DNA of 59,006 nucleotides from Nitrospirota bacterium (GCA_040758355.1 JBFLWF010000015.1:1-59006); one strand, 5' to 3'; shown: positions 1 through 10,503, numbered from the stretch's first letter. A program made the numbers and translations. Notes: generated from the letters alone by a model not told the origin.

Positions 1-148
1 TCTCATCTAAAGGCCTCCATATGGAATTAAGATGAGATATTTTAACAGGATTTGCGGTAAAAGAAAATCAGAATATACTCGCAGAACCTTGATTTTCAAG
101 GCTTAGCGAGTTGTTGAACAGGCTATTATACCCAAAAGGAGGTGTCCC

Positions 149-931
149 ATGCTTGTAATCGCTGAAAATCTTAATGCGAGGAATAAGGCTTACATGGAGG
201 CTGTTAAGAATCGGGATAAAAAGACCATAGAATCACTTGCTAAAACACTTGCTGATAAAGGTGCTGACATAATCAATGTCCAGTGCTCACTTGACGGCAG
301 CGGCGATGAAGAGACGCTTCCATTGGTTGCGGAGGCTGTTCAGAAGGCAGCAGAACTGCCCCTCTGCCTTGATTCGAGGAATGCAGAGGCTTTGAAAAAG
401 ACCCTTACTGTATGTAAAGAGCCTCCTTTGATAAATTATCTCTCTGCAGATGAAAAAAATGCCGATGAAATCCTTTCCCTTGTAAACAGATTCAAGGCAA
501 ATCTCATAATCAGGGCATTGAAAGGGACTGTGCCCACAACCCTTGAGGCCAAGCTCCTTATTCTGGAGGATTTGATAGAAAAGGCGAATGATGCCGATAT
601 ACCCAATGAAAGGTTGTTTGCAGACCCTTCTGTGGTGCATATAGGCGGAGGCATAGGACAGGAACATCTACTCAATACCCACGAGTGCATAATAGCCCTT
701 AATGAAATGGTCGATCCTCCCATAAACACTATTGCGTGGATTTCCAATGTATCAACAGGGCTCCCCAAGAAGTTGAAACCCCATGTGAATGCAGGATTCC
801 TCTGCTACATCGCGGGAGCAGGACTGGATGCTGCCATGGTGGATGTAACGGACGCAGAGGTAATGAAGACCGTATATCTGATAAGGTCATTCAGGGACGA
901 GGTGGTATTTTCGCCTGCTGATATTTCATAA
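149..931 (+). CDS. acsE: Pterin-binding methyltransferase, methyltetrahydrofolate:corrinoid Fe-S protein methyltransferase (AcsE-like)
   Basis: N-terminal 'LVIAENLN', 'PLCLDS', 'LFADP', 'ISNVSTGLP', 'AGLDAAMVD' match the pterin-binding TIM barrel of AcsE/MetH; GGAGG RBS upstream. Confidence 0.7.
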   Translation: MLVIAENLNARNKAYMEAVKNRDKKTIESLAKTLADKGADIINVQCSLDGSGDEETLPLVAEAVQKAAELPLCLDSRNAEALKKTLTVCKEPPLINYLSADEKNADEILSLVNRFKANLIIRALKGTVPTTLEAKLLILEDLIEKANDADIPNERLFADPSVVHIGGGIGQEHLLNTHECIIALNEMVDPPINTIAWISNVSTGLPKKLKPHVNAGFLCYIAGAGLDAAMVDVTDAEVMKTVYLIRSFRDEVVFSPADIS

Positions 932-934
932 AAC

Positions 935-1795
935 ATGCTTAAACTCCGTGACGGCATAATAGAGCTTTACAAAAAGGTTGCCACATCCATTCCCGGCGAT
1001 GTGGAAGAGGCATTAAAGACAGCCTATGCAAACGAGACAGAACCCCTTGCAAAGGAGTCTCTGAATGTAATTCTTCAGAATATTAAGATTGCAAGGACAA
1101 CATCCCGGCCCATATGCCAGGATACAGGATTCCCTGTGTTTTATGTTAAGGTCCCAAAGGGATTGAGCCATCAGCTTGTCAGGGATATGATAATGGATGC
1201 CACCCGCATTGCCACGAATAAAATACCATTAAGGCCCAATGCCGTAGATGTAATAACCGAAAAAAATACAGGGGACAATGTTGGAGACCACTTCCCCTTT
1301 GTTTATACAGAGGAGACAGAAGAGCAGACCCTTATTGTTGATCTTATGTTAAAGGGCGGAGGATGCGAGAATCTGGGGCAGACATATAAGCTGCCAGCGG
1401 TTTTAACATTCGGAGACAAAGAAGCAATAGCTGAGCGTGATTTTGACGGAGTGAGGAAATGTATTTTAGATGCTGTTTTTAGAGCTCAGGGCAGGGGATG
1501 TCCGCCATATACCATTGGTATTGCCATAGGCGGCGCCAAGGATCAGGTAACATTCCTTTCAAAGAAGCAACTGATGAGAAGGATTCCAGACATACAACCT
1601 AATACTGCAATAGCCGAACTCGAAAATAAAATCCTGAACGATATCAACAGACTCGGCATAGGCACTGCAGGATTAGGAGGCAGAACCACAGCCATCGGTA
1701 TAAAAATCGCAACAGCCCACAGGCATCCTGCTTCATATTTTGTGGATATATCATTTTCATGCTGGGCAAACAGAAGGGGAAGGCTGATATGGTAG
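935..1795 (+). CDS. Fe-S hydro-lyase (fumarate/tartrate) alpha subunit
   Basis: 'PICQDTG', 'KGGGCEN', 'GCPP', 'HRHPAS', 'SCWANR' motifs. Confidence 0.92.
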   Translation: MLKLRDGIIELYKKVATSIPGDVEEALKTAYANETEPLAKESLNVILQNIKIARTTSRPICQDTGFPVFYVKVPKGLSHQLVRDMIMDATRIATNKIPLRPNAVDVITEKNTGDNVGDHFPFVYTEETEEQTLIVDLMLKGGGCENLGQTYKLPAVLTFGDKEAIAERDFDGVRKCILDAVFRAQGRGCPPYTIGIAIGGAKDQVTFLSKKQLMRRIPDIQPNTAIAELENKILNDINRLGIGTAGLGGRTTAIGIKIATAHRHPASYFVDISFSCWANRRGRLIW

Positions 1796-2427
1796 AAAAG
1801 TCAGCGGTCAGCAGTCAGCAGTCAGCGTCCAAAAGAATAAATACACCTCTGACAGAAGATATTGTCATGAGTTTAAGGATTGGCGATATGGTGTTAGTAA
1901 ACGGTCTGATTGTTACAGGAAGGGATAAGGTTCACAAATTCCTTGCTCATGAAAAGCCTGATAAAAAAGACATCCCCTTTGAACTCCATGGGGGGATAAT
2001 CTATCACTGCGGCCCTATAATCAAAAAAGTGGACGATGCCTATAAGCTAATTGCTGCAGGACCGACAACGAGCATGAGAGTAGAGATGTATGAAGCAGAT
2101 GTCATTAAGGCATACGGCATTAGAGGCATAATAGGGAAAGGCGGGATGGGCAATAAGACCCTCGATGCGATGAAGGAATACGGATGCGTGTATCTGCATA
2201 CAATTAGCGGCGCAGCAGCATATCTTGCAGACAGGATCAAGAATGTTAGAGATGGGTGGAAGATAGAGGAATTCGGTGCACCAGAGGCAATGTGGTTACT
2301 GGAGGTGGAGGACTTTCCAGCAATAGTCACAATGGATGCCCGTGGAAACAGCCTGCACAGAGACATAGAAAAAATATCACTGGCGAAATTAAAAGAGTTA
2401 TTCTTAGAAAAAAGGGGGATTTCATAA
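1789..2427 (+). CDS. Fe-S hydro-lyase (fumarate/tartrate) beta subunit
   Basis: 'TGRDKVH', 'YHCGP', 'GPTTSMR', 'GKGGM'; ATG at 1789 overlaps the alpha stop. Confidence 0.92.
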   Translation: MVEKSAVSSQQSASKRINTPLTEDIVMSLRIGDMVLVNGLIVTGRDKVHKFLAHEKPDKKDIPFELHGGIIYHCGPIIKKVDDAYKLIAAGPTTSMRVEMYEADVIKAYGIRGIIGKGGMGNKTLDAMKEYGCVYLHTISGAAAYLADRIKNVRDGWKIEEFGAPEAMWLLEVEDFPAIVTMDARGNSLHRDIEKISLAKLKELFLEKRGIS

Positions 2428-2451
2428 GGGGGACAAAGTCCCCCTTATGAA
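2412..2451. repeat. REP-like hairpin, family A copy 1
   Basis: aagggggat + ttcataagggggac-aaa-gtcccccttatgaa; related copies at 24696, 25289, 26982. Confidence 0.85.
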
Positions 2452-2457
2452 CTTAGG

Positions 2458-3387
2458 ATGAGATTCTTTATTGCTGGCGGGACAGGTTTTATTGGTAGCC
2501 ATTTGGTGGATGCCCTTAGCAAAGGGAAATATGCTTCCCGGTGTTTGGTCAGGACAGAGGAGAGGGCTGCAGTTTGCAAAAAGGCGGGCTTTGAAGCAGC
2601 CATAGGCGATATTACAGACAGGGAAAGCCTGAAAGGAAAACTCGATAATTGCGATATCGTTGTCCATCTTGTCGGCATCATCGAAGAAAAGGGGGACATG
2701 ACATTTGAAAGGGTTCATGTTGAAGGGACAAGAAATCTTATAGAAGAGGCAAAAGGGGCAAACATAAAACATATATTTTATCAGAGTGCACTCGGTGCTT
2801 CTATAAACTCGTGGGCAAAGTATTACAAGACAAAGGCAGAGGCAGAAGATATTGTAAGGACATGCGGCATTCCCTACACTATATTCAGACCATCCCTTGT
2901 CATCGGGAAGAGTGACGGTTTTACAGAAAAACTCAAAGAGCTTGTCCGTCTCGGACCCTTTGTCCCAATCCCGGGCAGCGGCAACGGGAAACTTCAGCCC
3001 ATATATGTGGAAGATTGGGTGAAGTGCTTTCTGAAGATATTTTCTGACGCATCACGCATTACGCATTACGCATCACGCATCTATGAGTTCGGCGGTCCCG
3101 AACATCTCACATACAATGAAATAGTTCTGCAGCTTATGGAGGCAATGCAGATACACAAACCATTGGTGCATATACCTACAAAGCTGATAAAGCTGAGCCT
3201 GCCTTTTTCAGGAATATCTCGTGAGATAGGCAGCCTGCTCGGCAAAAAAATACCCACGGTTACAGGTGAACAGCTCGGTCTTTTGCAGGTGGATAACATC
3301 TGCGATATGGATTCTGTGGAAGGGAATTTCGGTTTTGTCCCGATGACATACAGAGAGGCACTAAAAAAGTTCATAGTTAACGGTTAA
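2458..3387 (+). CDS. Atypical SDR NAD(P)-binding protein, NDUFA9-like
   Basis: 'GGTGFIG', 'VHLVGII', 'YYKTKAEAE', 'FRPS', 'QPIYVED'. Confidence 0.85.
   Translation: MRFFIAGGTGFIGSHLVDALSKGKYASRCLVRTEERAAVCKKAGFEAAIGDITDRESLKGKLDNCDIVVHLVGIIEEKGDMTFERVHVEGTRNLIEEAKGANIKHIFYQSALGASINSWAKYYKTKAEAEDIVRTCGIPYTIFRPSLVIGKSDGFTEKLKELVRLGPFVPIPGSGNGKLQPIYVEDWVKCFLKIFSDASRITHYASRIYEFGGPEHLTYNEIVLQLMEAMQIHKPLVHIPTKLIKLSLPFSGISREIGSLLGKKIPTVTGEQLGLLQVDNICDMDSVEGNFGFVPMTYREALKKFIVNG
3046..3080. repeat. Heptamer tandem array (acgcatc/acgcatt x5) inside CDS
   Basis: gacgcatcacgcattacgcattacgcatcacgcat encodes DASRITHYASRI. Confidence 0.85.
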
Positions 3388-3410
3388 CGGTGAACGGATA
3401 ACGGAGAACG
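3376..3410. repeat. Heptamer tandem array (gttaacg-like x5)
   Basis: gttaacg gttaacg gtgaacg gataacg gagaacg. Confidence 0.85.
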
Positions 3411-3415
3411 AAATT

Positions 3416-6310
3416 ATGGCCACCCGAAGGGTGCATGAATTAATGACAACAGATGTTGTTACGCTGCCAAAGGACGCGAAATTAATCGAGGCTGTTGGAA
3501 AATTAGCAGATAACAATATAAGCAGCATCGTGATAACAGATAAGCAAACACCTTTAGGGATTATCACAGAGCGTGATATAACGAGGATAGCAACCGCTAC
3601 AAGCAGCACCGATGAAATGAACAGCCTGCCTGTTTCTAACTTTATGTCCAAAAACCCTGTAACCGTTTATAAAAATGCAGATGTTGTTACTGCCCTCGAA
3701 ATAATGGAGAGAAACCGTATAAGGAGACTCATAGTTACTGACAGGAGCGGGAAACTGAAGGGCATTATCACCTATTCGGATATCCTCAAGAAACTGGAAG
3801 AGGAGTTCTTTAAGGTCCACACAACCATCGATACCGTGACTACCAGGGGAATTGTGAAGGTATCCGCGGATACGCCGCTCGGGTCGGCAATACACAGGAT
3901 GTCCGAGGAAAAGAAGAGCTGTATACTCGTGACCTCCAGCGATGCATCTGCTGCGGATGTTACGGCAGGAATACTCACTGAAAGGGATATCGTCAAGCTC
4001 CTTCTTAAAAAGATACCCATGGACACGCCTGTGAAGGATGTATGCACAAAGAATATTGTATACGCAAGCCATGACACCCTTCTCTATGATGCCATAAGGA
4101 TTATGCACGAGCGCAGAATAAGACACCTTGTCGTTGTCGATGACAGGATGCAGTTAAAGGGCATAGTTACCCAGACGGACATCATAGGGCTTCTCCATGA
4201 GAACATAACAAAAGGGATAAGGGATCAGCTCCAGAGATTCAAGGAATCCCTCGACATATTGCAGACGGGATTTATCGAATTTGAACTGAATAACGAAGGC
4301 ACAATCCTATGGATCAATAAACACGGGGCAAAGGAACTGGGCTTTGACAACGTTGACAGCGCCATAGGCAGTTCTTTTGTCAGGCTGTTGAAAGACAGGG
4401 AACAGTGGTCTGATTTTGTGAACAAGGCAAACGGCAAGCCGGTCGCCGTCCCATTTATATTCCATCTGAATATTTCTGGCGGGAAGGTGATAGACGGCTC
4501 TTTCAGGATCAGGAAGTTTGCGGCAAGCGGAATATTCAAGGATATAACAGAACGGTTCAATGAGAGCGAATGCATAAGGAATGAAAGGAACAGGTTCGAG
4601 AATATTTTAAAGACCCTGTCGGAAGGTCTTGTGATATACGATGGGAACGGAGTTATAAAAGAGATAAACCAGACTGCACTGAATATGTTCGGCATGACAA
4701 AGGCTGAGATGATCGGGATGCCCTATTATTCCCCAAAGATCACTGTCATGGATGAATCGGGCAATGTTCTCGATGCCGACAGTTTATGTATATCCCATGT
4801 TATGGACAAAGGCAGCCCTGTTAAAAATGTGATAAGGGGAGTAAAAAGAGCAGACGGAACCATTACATGGTTTACGGCAAGCATTACCCCGATATTCAAT
4901 TCAGAAAATAAGATGGAAGAGATGGTCCATGTGCTTACCGATATTACGGAGCTTTATAACCTTGAAAAGAGGAATCAGAAGATACTCGAGACAGCGAAAG
5001 AGGGTTATTGGGAGGTCTCATTTGGCGGAAAAATCTTAAAGATTAACAAGTCATTATCTAAATTGCTCGGCTACAGAGAAGACGAACTGATCGGCAAAAG
5101 CATATACGACCTTGTCGATGAAGACAATAAAAGGATATTCGAGCAGGCGCTGGAGAGAAGGAAAGAAGGGGTGTCGGAAAGTTATGAGATAACGCTCAAG
5201 CATAAAAACGGCTCCTATGTTTATGCCATCGTATCTGCATCGCCGCAGATGGAATCTTCAGGCAGGATGCACGGCGCCTTTGCCTTTATAACGGATGTCA
5301 CGGATCTGAAATCAACGCATAATATGCTTCATACAATAGCATTATTTTACAAAGACCTCTCCCGCGCCCTCACAGAAGCAGAGGCTCATGTAATACTCAA
5401 ACACTATCTGCTCTCTCTAAGGAAAGGAGAGGCAAAGATAAATGCCGTCCATCTTATGAATATAGACTCAAGCAAACACTATATGGAGGAAGCAATAAGC
5501 CACAATGACTCCGGCCTGCAGGAATTGGGCAAATTTCCGGGTCTCGATAAATGCAAGGCTTACATCTATGCAGCGACATTTGTGGTAAATGACCTGTCAA
5601 AGGACTATGCCTGTCCTTTTCAGAGATTCGGTGCGGGCTCCGGGAGCTATTGCTGTACCGCCATTAACATCGGCGGTTCAACAGCGGGAATACTCCATTT
5701 ATACAGCAGGCATTCCAATTTTTTCACGGACGATATTAAAGAGGCAATAGACAGCTTCATTGCCCTGTTCGCCCCTGTGGTGAATAACATGAGACTCCTC
5801 GAAATGAATAAAAAGCTGGCGCTCATAGACCCCCTGACAGGTCTGTATAACAGGAGATATCTGGAGGCGTTTATGGAAAAGCAGCTTGCCATAGCTGACA
5901 GGAACAATCAGCTTTTAAGCATGGTCATGCTGGATATAGACAATTTTAAATATTTCAATGATACCAACGGGCACGAGGCAGGAGATATGGCATTGAGGAG
6001 CATTGCCCATGCCATAGGCAAGAATATTCGTGTGTCCGATATAGGTGTCAGATATGGTGGCGAGGAATTTATAATCGTCCTGCCAAATACGGATAAGGTC
6101 ACAGCCTTTGAAGTAGCAGAGAGAATACGGACTACAGTCGAAAGCACTCCTGTGGCTATAGGCCGTGACAAAAGAATGTTTGTAACCGCAAGCTTCGGGG
6201 TCGCTACTTATGGCATCGATGCAAACAGCTTTGATGCATTGCTGGCAAAGACTGACAATGCCCTTTACGATGCAAAGAAGGCAGGCAAAAATAGAATATG
6301 CCTTGCATGA
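3416..6310 (+). CDS. Diguanylate cyclase with two CBS pairs, PAS domains, GAF-like region and GGDEF
   Basis: CBS repeats ('LGIITERDI', 'GILTERDI', 'RIRHLVVVD'), PAS/PAC segments, 'DPLTGLYNRR', 'DIDNFKYFND', RxxD I-site 'RVSD', 'RYGGEEF'. Confidence 0.93.
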   Translation: MATRRVHELMTTDVVTLPKDAKLIEAVGKLADNNISSIVITDKQTPLGIITERDITRIATATSSTDEMNSLPVSNFMSKNPVTVYKNADVVTALEIMERNRIRRLIVTDRSGKLKGIITYSDILKKLEEEFFKVHTTIDTVTTRGIVKVSADTPLGSAIHRMSEEKKSCILVTSSDASAADVTAGILTERDIVKLLLKKIPMDTPVKDVCTKNIVYASHDTLLYDAIRIMHERRIRHLVVVDDRMQLKGIVTQTDIIGLLHENITKGIRDQLQRFKESLDILQTGFIEFELNNEGTILWINKHGAKELGFDNVDSAIGSSFVRLLKDREQWSDFVNKANGKPVAVPFIFHLNISGGKVIDGSFRIRKFAASGIFKDITERFNESECIRNERNRFENILKTLSEGLVIYDGNGVIKEINQTALNMFGMTKAEMIGMPYYSPKITVMDESGNVLDADSLCISHVMDKGSPVKNVIRGVKRADGTITWFTASITPIFNSENKMEEMVHVLTDITELYNLEKRNQKILETAKEGYWEVSFGGKILKINKSLSKLLGYREDELIGKSIYDLVDEDNKRIFEQALERRKEGVSESYEITLKHKNGSYVYAIVSASPQMESSGRMHGAFAFITDVTDLKSTHNMLHTIALFYKDLSRALTEAEAHVILKHYLLSLRKGEAKINAVHLMNIDSSKHYMEEAISHNDSGLQELGKFPGLDKCKAYIYAATFVVNDLSKDYACPFQRFGAGSGSYCCTAINIGGSTAGILHLYSRHSNFFTDDIKEAIDSFIALFAPVVNNMRLLEMNKKLALIDPLTGLYNRRYLEAFMEKQLAIADRNNQLLSMVMLDIDNFKYFNDTNGHEAGDMALRSIAHAIGKNIRVSDIGVRYGGEEFIIVLPNTDKVTAFEVAERIRTTVESTPVAIGRDKRMFVTASFGVATYGIDANSFDALLAKTDNALYDAKKAGKNRICLA

Positions 6311-6313
6311 AAC

Positions 6314-6733
6314 CTATTTAACTACAAGCACCGGACATTTGGAGTAATCAACTATTTTTGATGATACGCTTCCAAGCAGGAATTTCTTTGTGCCGTGCCT
6401 TCCATGGGAACCCGTAACAATCAGATCTACCTTCATCTTCTGGGCAGTTTCGAGTATTTTTTCTGCAGGGTCGCCCTGCCTGATAAGTGTTTTAACCTCC
6501 ATGGATTTGCCTGACAGGGACTTGCGTATCTTTTCCATTGCCTCTGCAGTCTCCCTCGAAAGTGCTTCGAAGATGCGGTTTCTGTCCGCGTCAGAAAGCT
6601 CTGTAAGATAGAGTTCGGGTATTACGGCAAGCACGGTAAGCGAAGCATTAAAGTTTATTGCCAGCTCTACAGCCTTTTTCAATGCCTTGTCTGAAGACTT
6701 GGAACCATCGTGTGCTACGAGTATTTTTTGCAT
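6314..6733 (-). CDS. Universal stress protein (UspA family)
   Basis: 'ILVAHDGS', 'DLIVTGSHGR', 'LGSVSSKIV', 'CPVLVV'. Confidence 0.93.
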   Translation of the reverse strand: MQKILVAHDGSKSSDKALKKAVELAINFNASLTVLAVIPELYLTELSDADRNRIFEALSRETAEAMEKIRKSLSGKSMEVKTLIRQGDPAEKILETAQKMKVDLIVTGSHGRHGTKKFLLGSVSSKIVDYSKCPVLVVK

Positions 6734-6744
6734 AAATATCCTCC

Positions 6745-7722
6745 TTATTGGGCGTCTTTCAGGTTTCTCACAAAGTCTCTATTTTCCATATACCAATTCA
6801 CGGTCTTTTCGATACCCTCCTCTATGGATGTCTTTGGGGACCAATTGAGCCTTTCCTTCGATGAATTTATATCCGCCCATGTGGCGGTTATATCTGCAGG
6901 ATGAAGGGGAAGCCATTGCATCTCTGCCTTTTTGCCGAGCCTTTCCTCTATCATGTTAATGACATACATGAGTTCCACAGGCCTGTCATTGCCGAGGTTG
7001 AATATCTCGTATCCGACACCCTTTAATCCCTTTATCGTGCCGTCGGCAATATCGTCTATATAGGTGAAGTCGCGTTTCTGCTTTCCATTGCCGAAGACAG
7101 GAATGGGTCTGCCGAGGTCTATGTTCTTTATGAACTTGAAGATGCTCATATCAGGACGGCCTGCAGGGCCGTACACCGTAAAATACCTGAAGACGGTTGT
7201 GTCAATGCCGTATAGGTAGTGATAGCTGTAACACATGACCTCTGCGCCTTTCTTGGTGGCTGAATATGGCGCAAGGGTATGATCCGTGTTGTCGCCAATG
7301 CTGAACGGCATCTTTGTGTTGTCGCCGTATACGCTGGATGTTGATGCGAGGACGAACTTTTTAACGTCATTTGTTTTGCAGCACTCAAGAAGATTCAGGG
7401 TTCCTTTTAAATTCGTATCGAGATATGCCCATGGGTCCTCGACGGATGCCCTGACCCCTGCCCTTGCCGCAAGGTTGATAACAGCATCTATTTTATAATT
7501 CGAGAATACTGTCTTTACCGAACTGAAATCGCCTATATCGCACTGATGAAAATGAAAGCTGCCATTGACCCTTAATTTCTCAAGACGCCACTCCTTCAGC
7601 CGCGGGTCATAGTAGTCGTTCATATTGTCTACGCCTGTAACAGTATTCCCCTGTCCTAAAAGAAGCTCAGAAACCTTGCAGCCTATAAAACCGCAGCATC
7701 CCGTAACAAGAATATTTCTCAA
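6745..7722 (-). CDS. NAD-dependent nucleotide-sugar epimerase (UDP-glucuronate 4-epimerase-like)
   Basis: 'TGCCGFIG', 'NLAARAGVR', 'STSSVYG', YxxxK 'YSATK', 'FTVYGPAGRPDM'; TTG start. Confidence 0.88.
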   Translation of the reverse strand: MRNILVTGCCGFIGCKVSELLLGQGNTVTGVDNMNDYYDPRLKEWRLEKLRVNGSFHFHQCDIGDFSSVKTVFSNYKIDAVINLAARAGVRASVEDPWAYLDTNLKGTLNLLECCKTNDVKKFVLASTSSVYGDNTKMPFSIGDNTDHTLAPYSATKKGAEVMCYSYHYLYGIDTTVFRYFTVYGPAGRPDMSIFKFIKNIDLGRPIPVFGNGKQKRDFTYIDDIADGTIKGLKGVGYEIFNLGNDRPVELMYVINMIEERLGKKAEMQWLPLHPADITATWADINSSKERLNWSPKTSIEEGIEKTVNWYMENRDFVRNLKDAQ

Positions 7723-7767
7723 CTTTTCTCCCTTGCTCTATTAAAAGTTCAACTATTTTACCATATT

Positions 7768-9120
7768 TTACCGAGACTTCACATGAATCCTTATAGGAGT
7801 CCCCTTAAAGGAATACTCTTCCCTCAATGCCTTCTCTATATGCCTGATGTGATGGTCTTTGACGCCGGAAGGATAATTTACAAACAGGGTAAAGGCAGGC
7901 GGTTTTACGCCAACCTGTGTTATATAGAAAAACTTCAACTCTTTCCCCTTATATGTAGGAAATGGTTTTGCCGATATGATTTTTGAAAGGAATTTATTGA
8001 GGTCTGCGGTTGGTATTCGTTTTTCCCTCTCAGCAATGATTTCGTCTATCAGGGGAAATATCTTTGTTATCCTTTTCTTTTCGAGACCCGATGTCGTGAT
8101 GCACGGGGCATAATCCATGAACCACATCTTATTTTTCAATTCCTGCGTGATCCGTTTGTATTCTGCCTCTGGCTCTTTTATAATATCCCATTTATTGAGA
8201 AGGAAAAGCGCACCCTTGCCATACTCTGCAACGACCCCTGCTATTTTTTTGTCCTGCTCTACTATTCCTTCGGATGCATCGAGGATGATTATCGCAACAT
8301 CCGCCTTTTCTATGCTCCTCATGGCCCTGACAACAGAGAATCTTTCTATATCAAATTTCTGGGAGTATATCTTGCCCCTTCTGCGAATGCCGGCAGTATC
8401 GATAAAGAGATATTTTTTGCCGTAGTAGCTGCAAACAGAATCAATGGAATCCCTTGTGGTTCCAGGAACAGGACTTACTATGAGTCTCTTTTTGCCCAGG
8501 AGGGAATTTATCAGCGTTGATTTGCCCACATTTGGTCTTCCAACTACCGCAACCCTGGGCATCTCCTCTTCTTCGGAGGGTCTGATTCCAGTTTCTTTTG
8601 GGATTGCAGCAGCAGCCTTATCCATCAGCTCGTCAAAGCCGTAGCCGGTTACTGCCGATACCGGTATAATCTCCTCTGCACCTATCCTGTAAAATTCCAG
8701 AAGCCTGTCTTCCTTTGCCGGGGTGTCTATTTTATTTGCGACCCACAATATTTTCTTGCCCGATTCCCTGAGGATATTTGCCAGTTCCATATCCGAAGGA
8801 TTAAGGCCTTCTTTTGCGTCAAGGAGATGGATTATCAGGTCGGCTTCTTCGATTGCGAACAGGGCCTGCTCCCTCACCTGACGGAGTATTTCCTTATCCT
8901 CGTGGGGCATTTCCTCTGCATAGAATCCGCCTGTATCTATCACAATAAACCTCTTTTCGTCCCATTCTGATTCAGCGTAGTTCCTGTCCCGTGTTACTCC
9001 GGGGATGCTTTCTGTGATAGCGGTGGATTTTGTGCGGTCTGCACCCATTCTCACCATACGGTTGAAGAGGGTTGATTTGCCCACATTTGCTCTTCCGACA
9101 ATTGCAATAACTGGTTTCAT
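7768..9120 (-). CDS. der: Ribosome biogenesis GTPase Der (EngA)
   Basis: Tandem G domains 'GRANVGKS...DTGG...NKID' and 'GRPNVGKS...DTAG...NKWD'; C-terminal 'FKGTPIRI'. Confidence 0.97.
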   Translation of the reverse strand: MKPVIAIVGRANVGKSTLFNRMVRMGADRTKSTAITESIPGVTRDRNYAESEWDEKRFIVIDTGGFYAEEMPHEDKEILRQVREQALFAIEEADLIIHLLDAKEGLNPSDMELANILRESGKKILWVANKIDTPAKEDRLLEFYRIGAEEIIPVSAVTGYGFDELMDKAAAAIPKETGIRPSEEEEMPRVAVVGRPNVGKSTLINSLLGKKRLIVSPVPGTTRDSIDSVCSYYGKKYLFIDTAGIRRRGKIYSQKFDIERFSVVRAMRSIEKADVAIIILDASEGIVEQDKKIAGVVAEYGKGALFLLNKWDIIKEPEAEYKRITQELKNKMWFMDYAPCITTSGLEKKRITKIFPLIDEIIAEREKRIPTADLNKFLSKIISAKPFPTYKGKELKFFYITQVGVKPPAFTLFVNYPSGVKDHHIRHIEKALREEYSFKGTPIRIHVKSR

Positions 9121-9126
9121 AATTAA

Positions 9127-10497
9127 TTAATTTTTCGGCTCCGAAATCTCGTATGCCTTTATTTTTTTGTGGAGATTGCTCCTTTCAACATCTATGACCT
9201 CTGCGGTTTTAGACACATTCCAGTTGTTTTCCTGGAGTTTTCTGATTATGAAGTCCTTTTCAAAGGCATCCCGTGCGTCCTTAAGTGTTTTATGAGAGAA
9301 ATAATCGTATTCTTTTAAGACCTGTTGTCCGAGCATCCCGAGTGCATCCACATCTCTTTTGGTGATAACGTCCGATGATATCATTATCATGAGCCTTTCC
9401 ACGGCATTTTTGAGCTCCCTTATATTGCCGGGCCAATAATAATCCTGGAATGTCTTCACTACATCGGGGGTAATCTCTTTTTGCCTGATGCCGTTTTCGG
9501 ATGCAAACAACTCTATAAAATGCTTGATTAACAGAGGTATGTCGTCGCTCCTTTCCTTCAGCGGAGGAACGATAATCGGAATAACATTCAGCCTGAAATA
9601 AAGGTCTTCCCTGAAATTCCCGTTTTTTACTTCTTCCATGAGGTTCTTGTTTGTTGCCGCGATAATCCTTACATCAACCTTTATATTCTTGCTGCCACCA
9701 ACTTTCTGGAATGCCTGTGTCTCTATTACCCTCAGCACCTTAGCCTGCGTCTGAAGGGTCATGTCGCCTATCTCATCGAGGAATAACGTGCCCCTGTCGG
9801 CAAGTTCGAACTTGCCGCTCTTTCTTTCTGTAGCGCCTGTAAAGGCTCCTTTTTCATGGCCGAACAATTCGCTTTCGATCAACTCCTGTGGTATGGCCGC
9901 ACAGTTTACCTCCACAAAAGGCCCGCTGGCCCGCTGACTTTTCTCGTGCAGCAGTCTTGCAACGAGCTCTTTGCCGGTGCCGCTCTCGCCAAGGATGAGG
10001 ACCCTGCTGTTGCTCTGGGCAGCCATCTCTATCTGCTGCCTCAATGTCCGTATTTTTTCGGAGTCGCCTATTAACCTGCATTTTTTAATTATATTTTCTT
10101 TTAATGAGCGGTTTTCTTCCTCGAGTATTTTGCGTTCCAGTGCCCGCTTTGCGGTTATGATTACCTTCTCGAGGGATAAAGGCTTTTCTAAAAAGTCATA
10201 CGCACCGAGCCGTGTGGCCTTGACGGCTATTTCTATATTCCCATGACCCGAAATCATAATAACCGGGATGTTTGCGTCTATCTCTTTCAGCCTCGGCAGT
10301 GTTTCAAGGCCGTCCATTTCAGGAAGCCATACATCCAGGAACACGATATCGGGCATATGCTCCTTTGTTATAGCCAATGCATCCTCGCCTGAAGATGCGG
10401 TCAGGACATCGTACCCCTCGTCCTCGAGTATTCCCGAAAGACTTTCCCTTATGCCTTCCTCATCATCTACGATCAATACTGATTTTCTGGACATCAT
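9127..10497 (-). CDS. ntrX: Sigma54-dependent response regulator, NtrX-like
   Basis: REC 'LDVWLP', 'MISGHG', AAA+ 'GESGTGKE', 'GAFTGA', Fis-type HTH; downstream of an NtrY-like kinase. Confidence 0.85.
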   Translation of the reverse strand: MMSRKSVLIVDDEEGIRESLSGILEDEGYDVLTASSGEDALAITKEHMPDIVFLDVWLPEMDGLETLPRLKEIDANIPVIMISGHGNIEIAVKATRLGAYDFLEKPLSLEKVIITAKRALERKILEEENRSLKENIIKKCRLIGDSEKIRTLRQQIEMAAQSNSRVLILGESGTGKELVARLLHEKSQRASGPFVEVNCAAIPQELIESELFGHEKGAFTGATERKSGKFELADRGTLFLDEIGDMTLQTQAKVLRVIETQAFQKVGGSKNIKVDVRIIAATNKNLMEEVKNGNFREDLYFRLNVIPIIVPPLKERSDDIPLLIKHFIELFASENGIRQKEITPDVVKTFQDYYWPGNIRELKNAVERLMIMISSDVITKRDVDALGMLGQQVLKEYDYFSHKTLKDARDAFEKDFIIRKLQENNWNVSKTAEVIDVERSNLHKKIKAYEISEPKN

Positions 10498-10503
10498 TTG
10501 CTC

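Noticed and set aside
1..125. Hairpins and an IS-end-like gagttgttgaacaggct at the window start
   Set aside because: Partner end not visible and no transposase; too little evidence to call
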